Shown here: positions 9,791 through 21,672 of the stretch, piece after piece
Numbering within the stretch: position 1 is the stretch's first letter
Layout: each line of letters opens with the position of its first letter
Origin: Paramoeba atlantica
Taxonomy: Eukaryota > Protista > Discosea
DNA length: 64,000 nucleotides
Assembly (NCBI GenBank): GCA_977017575.1
Contig: CDRNVI010000099.1
Location: 186,001 to 250,000, forward strand
Reading direction: 5' to 3'
Program-made: the position numbers and the translations under genes
Notes under the pieces: model-generated
The model's database searches: none
What the model was told of the DNA's origin: nothing
What the model saw: only the letters and a program-made list of their open reading frames with translations

Positions 9791-10989
9791 GTGGATTGTC
9801 AATGTCAGTGCAACAAAAGGTTAATTTCTACATAATACACTTCATGTACCAATTTCTACATAATTCAGTTCATTCATGCCAAAGTACAGAAGATTATCTG
9901 AAAACAATCGCAAAGATATTCAAATGATGTTCGAAAGTGGCGCCACGAAGAGGGAAATTGCCCGATCGATTGATAAGTCCCCAAGTACGGTATGTCGTGA
10001 GCTGACACGCAACAGGAAAAGAGGTGGGCAATACCGTTTAAGCCGTGCCCATCGTGTTGCCAAGAGGCGACTGGTTAATAAAGGGACCAGACCACGTCTA
10101 ATTCGAGCCAGTCTTGAACAAAGTGTAAAGACCCGTCTCCGAAAGCTTCACAGCCCGGAGCAGGTTGCTAATACACTTGTTGTCGGCTCACAAGGTTCAC
10201 CATCCACTTCCACGATCTATCGATTTGTTCGTCGAGATAAAGACAATGGGGGGAAGATTCATAAGTGCCTACGGATCCGCGGAAGACGGCCTTATGTTCG
10301 ACGCATTCATGGTCGAAGTACCATTTCAAACCGGGTTTCTATCGATCATCGTCACCAAATAGTAAACACACGACGTCGGTATGGTGATTGGGAGGCCGTT
10401 TTAATTGAGGGAGCAAAGAAAAGTGGGTATTTCATCCTGAACCTTTGTGAACGAAAGAGTAGGTTTGTGTCCTTCATGTATTTCAATCCAAGCAGCCAAA
10501 AGAAGTTGAAACACAGGTGCTGAAAGCCTTAAAGAAATACAAACTGCATACCATAACGTATGACAATGGAACTGAAAACACCAATCATGAAGCCATCAAC
10601 AAGAAGTAGGATGCAAATCTTACTTTAGGATGCAAATCTTACTTTTGTCATCCTTACCATTCATGGGAAAAGGGGGCCGTTGAAAACATGGATGGTCTGG
10701 TCAGGCAGTAGTATATTCCTTCTAATAAGAAACGCGTTATGTTTTTCCGTCAATATCGATTATCCAGGTACCCCTTTTTTCTTCTCCTTATATTATTTTT
10801 TCTTAATGCATTGTTTCTTTCTTAACAGGGCTCATACAATCCCGCGTCCGTTCGCGGTGCTGTCCGACCAAAAAAACAGTGTTGCACTGAGTATGCTAAA
10901 ATCCTGACATCCGGAACACACCCATATTTTTCTCATTTTTGTTGCATTGAGTATGACAAAAAGGTGTTGCACTGAGTATGACAATGCAC
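9791..10989 (+). mobile_element. IS30-family insertion sequence, full length (~1.2 kb), decayed
   Basis: Imperfect IRs gtggattgtcaatgtcagtgcaaca / tgttgcactgagtatgacaatgcac; two extra partial right-IR copies at ~10880 and ~10941; IS30 transposase inside. Confidence 0.85.
9876..10730 (+). pseudogene. IS30-family transposase, frameshifted
   Basis: N-terminal HTH (REIARSIDKSPSTVCRELTRN), PSTSTIYR and GDWEAV (first Asp changed to Val). After a frameshift near 10500: TYDNGTE and CHPYHSWEKGAVENMDGLVRQ, with stops and a ~19-bp tandem duplication at ~10608-10645. Confidence 0.88.
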
Positions 10990-11420
10990 ACCTGTCGTAA
11001 TGCAATGTATCGGTTGTAATGCAACAAATACGAGCAATTGTAGAAAAATCTTCCGAAAGGCCAATTTACGTTTTCCATACTTATTCCACCACACGAAAAT
11101 ATTTCCCATCTTTTACTTTAAATTTTGTTCTCTAACGGAGAATTTCGACGTCGAAAAAAAGAATTCGACTTCGAACTTAAACCATGAGAATGTGATACAA
11201 ACTAAATAGAGCGATGCACTAGAAATATTTGCACGCTGGTATTACATTTTGGTGTTATAAAGTTGTGTAAAACAGTTGCAAGAGAAATTTATGGTTGAGA
11301 TTTTGTTTTGATTTTTTACGCGCATTTCCTCTTAGCGAAGGAAAAAACGGACACTCTCAGTAACAAACGGACACTTCCATGAAAAAGTTCAATATTCATT
11401 ATGCACGCTCAAAGCTCTTG

Positions 11421-11700
11421 TCACGTTACGTGACGAATCCTACTCGTCGAAAACCTCAATTTTTGTATTTTCAATATTAACCTTTCCAGCGTAGCTGGAA
11501 TAATAGCTGTACTAATTTCGCCATTCAGTTCCTCATTATCAGCTAAACTCAATTCTTCCAATCTATTAGGGAGACTGTCGAAAAACACTGTTCCATAAAA
11601 CTTGTTATAGCTCAAGTAAAGTTTTTGTAAAGTGGAGGGCAAACGAGACAACTCAATATAACCGGTGAGTTTGTTATCATAATTGATGATATCCTATCTT
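11421..11700 (-). pseudogene. 3' fragment of an LRR-family gene next to the retrotransposon 3' end
   Basis: DNKLTGYIELSRLPSTLQKLYLSYNKFYGTV..DSLPNRLEELSLADNEELNG; N-terminal part absent. Confidence 0.75.
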
Positions 11701-11762
11701 TTGAGATAAAGTATTTTTAGGATGTAACTAACTTGCGCATATGACGCTGTTAGGTGCATCCC

Positions 11763-12413
11763 TTATGCAGACAGTGTCTCTGCATCGCTCCATTGCGGGG
11801 AATCACGCTTGTGCCATAATAAGAAGCTGGAACGGATAGCAGTTCGGGAGAGTGTCGCCCGACATTTAGCCTCCAAATCTTCGTCCCCTCCAAACAACCG
11901 ATTAATATCCGCTGAGGAGGCTACCAGACCACCTCGTGCTCCAATTTCGAATACGAGGAGGTACGTGTTCGGGTGCACTGTTCGTTGTTCGTGTAATAGA
12001 GCGTTGTACTTGAGGCGTTTATATTCATTTGCCTGCATACAGTTCTCTTCCCAGGGGACAGTGAGCTCAACGATGTATTCTGTACCATCAGTCAGTGCAA
12101 CGAATCCGTCTGTGCGTTGATGATTTGGATTGTTGTGCAGCCAGTGTGATGGATTTCGGTGACCTAGTAGGTCAAAATGCTGATATTTTGTATGCGGGGA
12201 TTCTTGGATGCGTTTGGCGAGTTCAGTTAGAACTGTGTCGTGTCTGAGGGTATAACGCCCCTGATCAAGAGATGTTTTGCAACCTGAAATAACGTGTCGT
12301 ACCGTCTGTGCTTCTTTTCCGCATACTACATGTCGCATTTGAGAAGTGAAGGCCCCATGTCCGAACGTTTGACTTTGAGGGTAAAGGAGTGGTAAGTAGA
12401 ACCGAGGTCGCAA
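11763..12413 (-). pseudogene. CCHC zinc knuckle plus RLE endonuclease segment of the retrotransposon
   Basis: RHVISGC, RHDTVL, PD-like TDG, ELTVPWE, KRLKY, FEIGARG. Confidence 0.85.
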
Positions 12414-13135
12414 AACGTGTTAGCTTCGTGCTGTTCAGGTTGTTCAGTACGGCGGAAAACTCCTTCGCAAGTTCAGTTTCGGAAGGTGTTGTCCACCATT
12501 GCGCTGCGACCGGTGCTCATTTCTGAAGGTTTTGTACAATATTCGCTTCGTAATATTCCCGCACGATTTGTTTGGCGCGTTTTGCGTCGTTTAGATGTTG
12601 GAGGATTTCGCATGCTGGTCGTAGTTGCCCTCTAGCTCGCCTGTTTTGCTCCTCTTCAATGCGGGAGCGTAGCGCTGCTTGGACATTGATGTCTCTGGAT
12701 TTATTCATTTGAGTCATCGCGGTGGCAGTGCATTCGAACCAAAGCTTAGAGAGTGATGTTAGGCCCCAACCGCGATCTGAGTACAGGACTTCTGTGCTAC
12801 CTTTAGAGACCATGTTGATCCATTTCCTAATGTAGGAGGTTGCCGTCTTCCGGAGTCGAAGTATAAAGTTGAACGTTATGCATGGATGGACCGTGAAAGC
12901 ATATCGTAGGCGAGCGAGCATGGCATTTTGATAGATCCATAGTTTTTCAGGTAGCGTATGTGTGCTTCGGTGCACATTTTGTAACCAAGTCTTAAGTTTC
13001 GCGTTCAACTTTTTATACAGCTCTCTGGCTTGTTGTGCTCCAGGGGCCAGTGTCATTCCCAGGAAGGTACTACCTCTGTCGCAAATGTGGGGAATCGGAT
13101 CTCCGTCACATTCAATCTTTGCCCGCCTCGTCACA

Positions 13136-13916
13136 CAGTCCAGGTATTGGTTTCCCCCCCCCAGGATCCTGAGCACACCTTAAGAGCTTTTGACCTAATT
13201 CCTTCGGCATTCAACGGATCTCGAAAAAGTAGAGCGTTTCCCGCCGTTTGTTTGCCCATCACCCCCCCTGGGTTCTGGGTGGGTGTGATCAAAGATGGCA
13301 AATTTCAAAAATAAAAATATTTTTGAAGGGGGGTAAAAAATGACAAAAAAGGTGTAAGAATTCCTATATTAATACCCACAATGGTCTCTTTGAACGCTCT
13401 GCACTATTCGCAAGCGTTTAGGTACTGAATTTATGCAATTTAAGACTTGGCGTCGATAAGGATGACGCTTAAGCATCATGAAGGCTTTCTTTATTGCCTT
13501 CCGGAGCTGTGTTTCAGTCTCTGGCTTCAGAATTTCTTTTCTATATTGGTGGACAATTTCAAGGCGCTCTGGGAGTGCACATCGCGACATTTTATGGGTA
13601 ATAGGGGGTCTTGTTTTTCGGCGAGTTGGAGTACTGACCTTTAGTAGATTTAACGGGGGTATCCCTCAAATTCATAGAATAAGAAACCATATTTGATAAA
13701 AAACTCCCAATTTTTTGAAATATTGGATTTTTTTTGTTAAAATTATGCTATTTTTTCGTGTGTTTTCAAAATATTTTTGACCCAGTGGGGGTGATGGGCA
13801 AAAAAACGACGGGAAACGCTCTACTTTTTCGAGATCTGTTGAATGCCGAAGGAATTAGGTCAAAAGCTCTTACGGTGTGCTCAGGAGCCTGGGGGGGGAA
13901 ACCAGTACCTGGACTA
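13136..13916 (-). mobile_element. internally deleted Tc1/mariner element inserted in the RT gene
   Basis: ~140-bp TIRs (cagtccaggtattggtttcccc.. / ..ggggaaaccagtacctggacta); TA target (left copy CA); Tc1-type C-terminus CINSVPKRLRIV...HCGY; removal restores the RT frame (PGYMTRR). Confidence 0.87.
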
Positions 13917-14071
13917 TATATCCTGGATGTTCCGTTCCCGCTCGCATGGCCATACATTGTACCCTACTTTTTTCGACGTTGATAGACAATCCAATGCGTC
14001 TAAGGACGATAGAGAGTGATTGTATAGCATTGTTCATGTCGAAATCACTTGACGTAATTATCGTAAGGTCA

Positions 14072-15061
14072 TCAACATAAGCCTTTAGGAAGTGCTTTGG
14101 TGTATCGGGGTAGGATATGCCATAGTACGGGCATGTAGCGGAGGACGATCTCCATCGCAATATTGAAGAGCACTGGGGATAGAGTATCACCTTGTAGTAC
14201 GCCACGTTGCACTGCGATTTCCTTGGTTAGTCCTTGGTCGCATTTGAATCTCGTCGTGGCTGAGAGATACATGCCTTTGATGTATTCAATGATTTCGGGT
14301 GACACGCGCGCCCAGGTGAGAGCTTCGAATATGATGTCATGGGAAAGCGAACCGAATGCTTTTCTGAGGTCGATCTGGGCCAGACAGTACTGATTCTTCT
14401 TGCGCTGATGATGTTGCAGCAGGTTACACAGTGTTTGGGTGTGTTCCAGAGTTCCATTCATCCGTGGTAGAAACCCCTTTTGGATAGTCGTGTCAATAAC
14501 TCCTGAGCTTACAGCATGGTCCAGGAGTTGGTGTCCTATGATGCTGTGAAGAAGTTTTCCCAGACAGCTTGTGAGTGCTATGGGCCGCCAGTTCCTTGGT
14601 ATTTTAGGGTCTCCACCTTTGTGGATAAGACGCGTGATCGCTAGAGACCACGACGTGGGGCATGTCCCGAATTTTATTAAGTCATTAAACATTTTGGCCA
14701 GGGAGCTGTATAGTGCTGGGCATCGTTTTAGCGCTGCGTTTGTGATTGTATCTTGCCCTGGTGAGCTAGAGCCCCGTTTGCCTGAGATGGCATTGGCGAT
14801 TGTTTCGGCTTTTACTGGTATCCACGTCATTTCGTTGGTGGCTCTAGGGCCTAGTATATCGAAGTTTGGGAGCCGGAGAGTGTCGCGCTCTTTCGTTACT
14901 TGACTGTAATGTTCCTCTATTTCGAGCATTGTACAGCTTGGGTATTGCGTGTTTGTGACTTCATCCTCACTGGGTCTGTCCATGGCTTCAGCAGCCGCAG
15001 TCCATGGGTTTCTTGAGAAACGTTCATGCGCCCATCTACCTTCTAACGCTCGGCGTTGCAC
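14072..15061 (-). pseudogene. reverse transcriptase (N-terminal and central domains) of the RLE retrotransposon
   Basis: SSPGQDTIT, LIHKGGDP..NWRPIAL, QKGF, QIDLRKAFGS, QGDTLSPVLFNI. Confidence 0.9.
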
Positions 15062-16963
15062 GTCGGCCTCGTCTGCGTAGATTCTTTCTAGCTTCTTATT
15101 TTCTTTGATTTGGCGGCGTAAGGTATATCGGGCTTCCGTGCCATGGGTGAATCTAAGGGATCGTTTCAGTCGTTGTATATGCTTGGATAGTTCTCAGTTC
15201 ACTTTTTCTATGGCTAAAGGTCTATATTTAAATTTTGCATTTCCTTGCTTTGTGCGGAGAACGAACCCTTTGGTGGGATTCACCTCTTGACTCACCTCAA
15301 AGGTTGATACAACGATAGACGCGGCGAGTATAGCACCGTTCTCCTTTGCTAGGAGCGCGTTTGTGGTGTCTTCGTGTAGGAGCTCCTTGCATCTCCCTAG
15401 GGCTCGCTTTTCTACTGAACGCCATTGATCATCGTTTAGTTTGACGCAGAGTTTCCCACCTTGAATGTCGCTGTGTTGTTGAAGTAGTTCATGCCTTTTC
15501 TTGTGTAAGGGATCGTCGCGGTTCGGTGCTGGGCAATGATTCGTTGCTTCTCCGGAGATATTCGTGGTATTTCTTGCATGCGTGGAAGATTGCAGTTGAG
15601 AGAGAGGCCCGTATATCTTGCAGCATCGGTGAGCGCATGAGAGCTTTTCTCGGCATGTGTGCTTGCAGGGCCCTTTTCCTCCCGCACCTGGGTACCCAAA
15701 TGTAACACAAGTCGTACTGGGTTACGCTGCGTGATTCGTGCTTTGATCTGGCTGTAAACTCGCACTTTTGGGGGCTTCTTTGACGTCATTCTTCCTAGAT
15801 ATGTGCTTTGCTTCGTTAGTGCTGCAATAATGCCAGTCACGCTCGGGGTCCTGTGTGGGGTCGTATACTGACTGCATCGATCTCTCACTTTTCTGTACTG
15901 CCTCGTTGGCAGAGGCCCCTGCTTTTCTACCAACTTTTTTACGAAAGCTTCACAGAGCTCAGAGACTCTACTAGTTGCCCATCCTGCCAGCACTCCGACC
16001 TTTTCCAGAAAGGTTGTATCGTCATCATTCATGTCATGCACTGGATTCGGGGTGGGTAGGTCGTTCGCTGGGCCTTTGCACTGTGATGTTGCCGTTTTCT
16101 CTGCTCTTGACTGCGGGTTTCGCCGACTTCTAGTGGGCATGTCTGTGGCCTTTGGGGAGTGACCGAGTTCGCGAGTCGAGCTTCTCAAGTCCCATTTTAG
16201 CGTTCTGCCGGTGGTCGAGTTCGAATTCGTTGTGTCAAGGGTAGAGGTGCTTGCAGTTTCTTGATTATGGGTAGGTCCAAATATTTTGCAACACTTGTGC
16301 AGTGAAGATAGTTAGTGAAGATAATATTGCCGCCGATTTTGATTCTGCATGACATCCTGAGGAAGCAAATAAGATCTTATCGCTCCGTACACTATCACTA
16401 CAGTGTTGAACCGTATCATATCAATTAGTATACTTCTTGTTAGAGGGCACCAAAGGTAAGATGTCTGTTCACAAGAGGCATGAACGCGTCGCATGGCAGC
16501 AAGCTTATCATAGACTACTGCGTCTGAATCATTCTATTCAAGTAAAGTACTAGTTACTTCACTTTCACGACTCTACTTTTCCTATGTCGTCATAGAAACA
16601 ACCTTCCCCCGAAAGACAACCCCTCCCCTGAGGCATCTTCCCTTTCGGAAGCTCCGTTACGTTCTTCCAGGAAATTGCCGACACTACCGCCGAAAGTTCG
16701 CCTTAAGCGTCCTTCCTCTCCGCCTCCTTCATTGCAAAGTATGAGGGTTATTTCTGCAATCTCTAATGATACATTACATTGATACTCTAGTAAACGGGAC
16801 TGCGCTTTCTCAAAGTCAGTCCGTTGAAGATGCATCCACTGTGTCAATGTACGTCCCTGTAGCGCAGAGGCAAAGGCTTAAATCAGATCTGCATCAGGCA
16901 TATGAAGTGGCTCCTTCCCAGGCAGGGGAAATTTTACGCACACAAAAGGAGTGTAACCCTATG

Positions 16964-17800
16964 GGTCAGACTGAACGAAGTTTGCACACTTTTCAAAAAC
17001 TTGCCTAAAAGTACAGTGCGGGATTTTATTACGGGACACGTTAATTACGGGACAACTCAATTACGGGACAACTCAATTACGGGACACTTAATTAAGGGAC
17101 ACTTGGGCCTTGGGAGTGAGTTTCGCTACGACTGCCTGGAACGACGCGTGGTGGATCGGGCTAGGCCGGCTTATTCTCAGCAAAACAGTTCTACACGCCC
17201 AAATAAGCGGTGTATTAAAACAACAAAAAATATAATAACAGAACCTGCAGTACCATCACTCACTACATTTCACAGATCATCTCAGAGGTCAAACCTAAGG
17301 GACACTTAATTACGGGACACTTTCGACCGAAAAGGGGGTGTCCCTTATTTAAGGTGTCCCGTAATAAAGTTCCGCATTGTATCTAAATATCAACGAATTC
17401 CAAAGAAAATCAAAACTACGCACACAAGACGATTTCCGCACAAAACAAGACGCAAAACAAGATGCAACATCCAACAAAACTTGTACCAGCGGGCTTTGCT
17501 GTTGAACTCGTAATGAGCCATTGCTTCTCAGTTATGGCGCGGAGTCGTGCCTTTCTTGAGGACTTTGACCTACCCAAACTCGCCCCCTCATACACTAACC
17601 TCTTCTTTAGCATCGAATTCGCCCCCTCAAGAGTAGGAGTATGTACTTCCTCTTCAGCTATCCATTCATTTGGGTGAATAACTTCACTCCAACGGTACTT
17701 ACCTTCGAATCCAGGAACGTTATGCGTCGCCCCGTCTGTCCATATCCTCGTTCGGGCCCGACATGTATGAGGCATTGATACTGACCATTCTGAGCAACAC
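16964..17800 (-). mobile_element. 5'-truncated Merlin remnant related to the 4869-6084 family
   Basis: TIR ggtcagactgaacgaagtttgcacac at 16964; IWTDGA...EGKYRWSEVIH.NEWI...VHT.TLEGANSMLK aligns with the intact transposase. Confidence 0.82.
17014..17379. mobile_element. TA-flanked Tc1/pogo-type MITE nested in the Merlin end
   Basis: TIR cagtgcgggattttattacgggacac / gtgtcccgtaataaagttccgcattg; TA on both sides; internal aattacgggacac repeats; the empty-site sequence is seen at 31170-31237. Confidence 0.87.
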
Positions 17801-18269
17801 ATGTCGTTAGTAAGTGGTCCCGCTCACACTTCACAAGTTGGGGGGGGGGGTACAGCATTAGTTTTACCTTCCTTTTTTCTTTTCTTAATCAGGAAATTAT
17901 CCATATTTTTACCGAAAGATCTTCACTCGCAAAAAAAGGAAAGAATATCACAAAAATATTTTTCATTCAAAGGTGTTACAGGTCGTCGTGTAGAAGCTGC
18001 TGAATAGGTAATGGTCCCCATGGTCAGTGTTATGGTACCTACCCCCTCATAACGCCCATATACGATTCGTGTTTCATGTAAAAGACAATCGCTCAACAAA
18101 ATATTTATTCATGGCATTGAGGCGTATTTGAACGTCACTGTATGTATTCCATGCGACCTCTACAGACTTTGTCTTGCATTAATTACAGCATTTCGTCGCA
18201 CTTCACGCTGAAAAAACCTTTCCGACACAGTTGATCATGGCAATAATGTGTAGTCCATATTTGAAGCTG

Positions 18270-18950
18270 TTACATCAAACAACACGAGGACTCTTCAACC
18301 ACACGCGTGTTATGAAATTGAAACGTAGTTCCAGGAAGTAAATTGGGGGGAAGTTGCGATCTGCGAAAGGTTCCACTAAGTCGGAAATTAATCTGGATGT
18401 ACAGGCGATCAAGTTTCTCAGGTAGAACATCAAGATTTGTTGCCTCTTCAAATCTATTCTGATCAAACTGAACCGATGTGAGAGTTCTCGGAAGATCTCG
18501 AAAATCTAAATGACCGGAAAACAAATTCGATGAAAGAGTCAAGGTCCCGAGTTCGGGGGGAAGCTCACTAAGGCAAACATTTCCGGAAAAGTTGTTGTAA
18601 GACAAATTTATCCGTTTTAATCCGCGTGGGAGATAATGAAACGACACGCTTCCGCGCAAATAATTACGGCCCAGGTTCAACACGCTCAATGTAGAAGGTA
18701 AGTATTCCCATTTTGGGTGTCCGCGCAAAGCGACCCATTCAAAATCTATATGGGAAACAAAGAGCTCATCCTCGCAGCGTAGTCGGTACCATTCACATGC
18801 AGGTGTTCGTATATCCCATGTAATCTTTCTTGAAGAAGTATTCTGAAGGAAATATCCCATAAGGTCTTCATGAGACATTCGCGTTGTGCTCACTTTACCC
18901 AGTCGAACAGAACTATCGGAGGCGTGTACGAATGCCGTGGAAAAGATCAT
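18270..18950 (-). CDS. leucine-rich repeat protein (paralogue of 3511-4260)
   Basis: Same LRR architecture; nucleotide similarity extends into both flanks. Confidence 0.9.
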   Translation of the reverse strand: MIFSTAFVHASDSSVRLGKVSTTRMSHEDLMGYFLQNTSSRKITWDIRTPACEWYRLRCEDELFVSHIDFEWVALRGHPKWEYLPSTLSVLNLGRNYLRGSVSFHYLPRGLKRINLSYNNFSGNVCLSELPPELGTLTLSSNLFSGHLDFRDLPRTLTSVQFDQNRFEEATNLDVLPEKLDRLYIQINFRLSGTFRRSQLPPNLLPGTTFQFHNTRVVEESSCCLM

Positions 18951-19226
18951 TTGAAGTTGCAGTTCAAGTATTAAATAAAAAAGTCAGTTAGACTGACTCT
19001 ACAAAATAATATCAAGAGCGAAGCAATTATACAATACACTGTATTGAGCAAAAGCCTTCGTCCACTGATTGTTTCAAGAAAATCTCGGTTCTAAAGAAGA
19101 AAAAGAAGTGGGAAAGGTGAACTCCCACCATAGAGTTTAATGGGGGGAAGAGCGGACACTACGTCATTTTCGACCCGCGAACTAATGATGTTCCTGCTCC
19201 CCACCTGCTGTACCCCATGTAGATAC

Positions 19227-21425
19227 TCACGTATCTACCTGTGATTCGGAGCGAACTAACCCTTTGCTGTGTTTCCCTGCATCCTCTATAGCCGACCTAT
19301 CGTTTTTGTTACTTCCACAATCAGCTTCGGAATATGATATCCCTTCTGCCTGCAATGGGGCCGTCCCAGCTTCCAAGCCCTCCTGAGGGCTACGGGCTTC
19401 CTCCGGACCCGGACAGGCAGCTTGGCAGGGCATGGGCAAATGCGTATTTGCCAGCAATGGGGGATCTCCCATGCTATGAGCCCCGGTGCCGCCTAAAGTG
19501 CCGTATAAACTCAGTCGACTGGAGTGTTTGCGTAGCGGAGGAATTTCGGGATTTGAAAATCGCATGCCGCTGCGTAAGTCTGAGGGGTCAAATGAAGCAT
19601 CCATGTCCGTATCTAAGACATGAGGTAAAAAAGGGTTCGGCAACAAAGATCCTGGGTTCTTCTCATGCGGGTACGGATTGCTCTCACCTTCGCCTCCACA
19701 TCTTCCGTTTCCCAAAGGTATGCCTCCGTTGTTGTATGAGGACAACCCCGTCATAGCCCCAGGAACCGAGCGGCTTTGTCCCTCAAGATTTTCCATAAAA
19801 TCATTTCTGAAATCTGAATTCGCTTGCTCCCCACCCTCTTCTCTTCTCCCTACTCGCTGTTTCGACACTCTACGCACGGGTTGCCTGTTTTCTCCACTCT
19901 TTTCCTCTGTTTTTTTGTCTCCTCTTGTCAGTTTGCTTCCTTTTTGTTCCTTTTCTTCTTCTTCTTGTTCCTTTTTTTGTTCCTCGCTTGCCCTCTTCTC
20001 GACCTCCCATTTCTCCGCCGCGAGTCCGGCAAAATCCAAATACTCCTCGGCGCGCTCAAAACCAACCTCCCCCATTTCTTTCCTCAGCAGCCCGCGAAGC
20101 TGGGCGTACCGAAGCACCTCCACTCTCGGGTGGTCCAGCAGAAATCGGAGGTACACGCTGGTGGCCATCCCCACGTGGTAACAAAGCACTTTCGTGAGAT
20201 TACAGGCCCAGTGGGCGCACAGAAGCTCAAGCGCTCGCGTCCACAGCGCAGGGAGAGAGGAAAGGGCGTTTAGGGAACACCCGTTCCGGATTTCTCTTTT
20301 AGAGTACCCCGTGGACGCTTGAGAAATTTCTCTTTTTGAGATTCCTTTGTCTTCTTCAGGAAATTCTGTTTTTGAGATTCCTTTATGTTCCTGAGAAATT
20401 TCTCTTTTTGAGATTCCTTTGTCTTCTTGAGGGATTTCTCTTTTTGACATTCCTTTGTCTTCTTGAGAAATTCCTCTTTTTGAAATTCCTATGTAATCTC
20501 GAGGAATTTCTGTTTTTCTGTTGGTAGAAGATATTTCATCTTGTCTTCTTCGTGGCTTGCTGCTTTGGTTTACATCCGAGTGGTGTTCCAAACCGTTCAC
20601 CTCCTGTGTCGAGAAAACACATGGTTGCGACTCACCCGAACAGGATGTAATGGTGTGGGTCGCTGTACTCACTTTTCCTTTGTGAGGCTTTGTTTGTTGC
20701 GCAGAAGAAGAAGGAGAAGATGAGGATGAAACTCCCCAAAGATGCCGCCATGTTACGTGACTCATATCGACCAGCAGGACGAAATCGGTTGCGGGGTACA
20801 GCGCATCCAGGACGTGTACGGCGGACTGCAAAGCATGCAATTCACATAGACTCTCACAAACGTTATGGCTGCCGTTGTCTTTGTTCGGGACGTATTGAAT
20901 CACTTGGGCTCCGTTCCGAAACGTACACCCCAGCCAAGGAAGGAAACAGGAAGAAACAAAGGGGGTACATCTGATCTCAGGGTGCGGTGAATAAGTGTGC
21001 GGCAGGTTAAAATTTTCCGGTTCATCGTTTTGTTTTTCACCGGTATTAAGCTTCTCAGCGTGCAACTTCACTTTGACGTGTGAAATGTTTTCTAAAGTTG
21101 AGACCTCAGCGGCAAAGAGTCGTGCCATCTCGGTAAGGCGTGCTAATGCCTGTCGCGGCTCCATACCGGAGACGAAACGAAATTTGGCGCGAACAAAGCG
21201 CTTCAGCTGGGTATCGGTGAGGGGGTGGGTGAGACCCATACTTCGGTGTGCGTACGTCGAATCGTCCGTAGGGAAGCGTTCCCGAAGTCCCGCAAACAAA
21301 CTATTCTCGTCCATGAAAAGAAAATTTCTAGATAAGCGATGATTTTCAGATAAACGAAGATTTTTAAGATAAGCAATGTAGTGGACGAGGGGTCTAGTAA
21401 AGTATCTGAATGTACAGAGTGTCAC
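19227..21425 (-). CDS. hypothetical protein, 732 aa (probable start MDENSL); globular N-terminal and central segments, low-complexity C-terminus
   Basis: Long ORF on the gene-cluster strand; a partial duplicate exists at 6440-6790; no family recognised. Confidence 0.72.
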   Translation of the reverse strand: MTLCTFRYFTRPLVHYIAYLKNLRLSENHRLSRNFLFMDENSLFAGLRERFPTDDSTYAHRSMGLTHPLTDTQLKRFVRAKFRFVSGMEPRQALARLTEMARLFAAEVSTLENISHVKVKLHAEKLNTGEKQNDEPENFNLPHTYSPHPEIRCTPFVSSCFLPWLGCTFRNGAQVIQYVPNKDNGSHNVCESLCELHALQSAVHVLDALYPATDFVLLVDMSHVTWRHLWGVSSSSSPSSSAQQTKPHKGKVSTATHTITSCSGESQPCVFSTQEVNGLEHHSDVNQSSKPRRRQDEISSTNRKTEIPRDYIGISKRGISQEDKGMSKREIPQEDKGISKREISQEHKGISKTEFPEEDKGISKREISQASTGYSKREIRNGCSLNALSSLPALWTRALELLCAHWACNLTKVLCYHVGMATSVYLRFLLDHPRVEVLRYAQLRGLLRKEMGEVGFERAEEYLDFAGLAAEKWEVEKRASEEQKKEQEEEEKEQKGSKLTRGDKKTEEKSGENRQPVRRVSKQRVGRREEGGEQANSDFRNDFMENLEGQSRSVPGAMTGLSSYNNGGIPLGNGRCGGEGESNPYPHEKNPGSLLPNPFLPHVLDTDMDASFDPSDLRSGMRFSNPEIPPLRKHSSRLSLYGTLGGTGAHSMGDPPLLANTHLPMPCQAACPGPEEARSPQEGLEAGTAPLQAEGISYSEADCGSNKNDRSAIEDAGKHSKGLVRSESQVDT
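20295..20510 (-). repeat. 36-bp coding tandem repeat (about 5 x KREISQEDKGIS)
   Basis: gagattcctttgtcttcttgagaaatttctcttttt-like units. Confidence 0.85.
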
Positions 21426-21672
21426 AGAATGTACGCAGAATGAATGTACATAGTGTCATAGAAAGTACAAGTGTCAAAAAATTTGGACCGAATGTTATTT
21501 TCAATATGATTTAATATAGATTTTAATATGATTCGTAACACGTTTGAAGTCTGCAGCTGCTACATTTCTTTTCCACGTTTGCCGGAAAAACTATGTAAAC
21601 ATAAACCCAAAGAAACCCAAAGAATTATAAACCCAAAGAAATCTTTTTTGGAAGGTAGATTTGAATTGAACA

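Larger units (their letters stand above)
11715..16260 (-). mobile_element. non-LTR retrotransposon with restriction-like endonuclease (HERO/NeSL-like), defective
   Basis: RT (WRPIALTS, DLRKAFGS, RGVLQGDTLSP, AYVDDL), thumb region 12517-13135, CCHC plus RLE (CGK..TVRHVISGC..QGRYTLRHD, RTDG, ELTVPWEE). Frameshift near 14140; interrupted by a Tc1 insertion. The 5' boundary is approximate. Confidence 0.87.

Noticed and set aside
17040-17330. CRISPR-like array (aattacgggacac repeats)
   Set aside because: Repeats are adjacent or irregular, lie inside a TIR-bounded MITE, and there are no unique equal-length spacers or cas genes.
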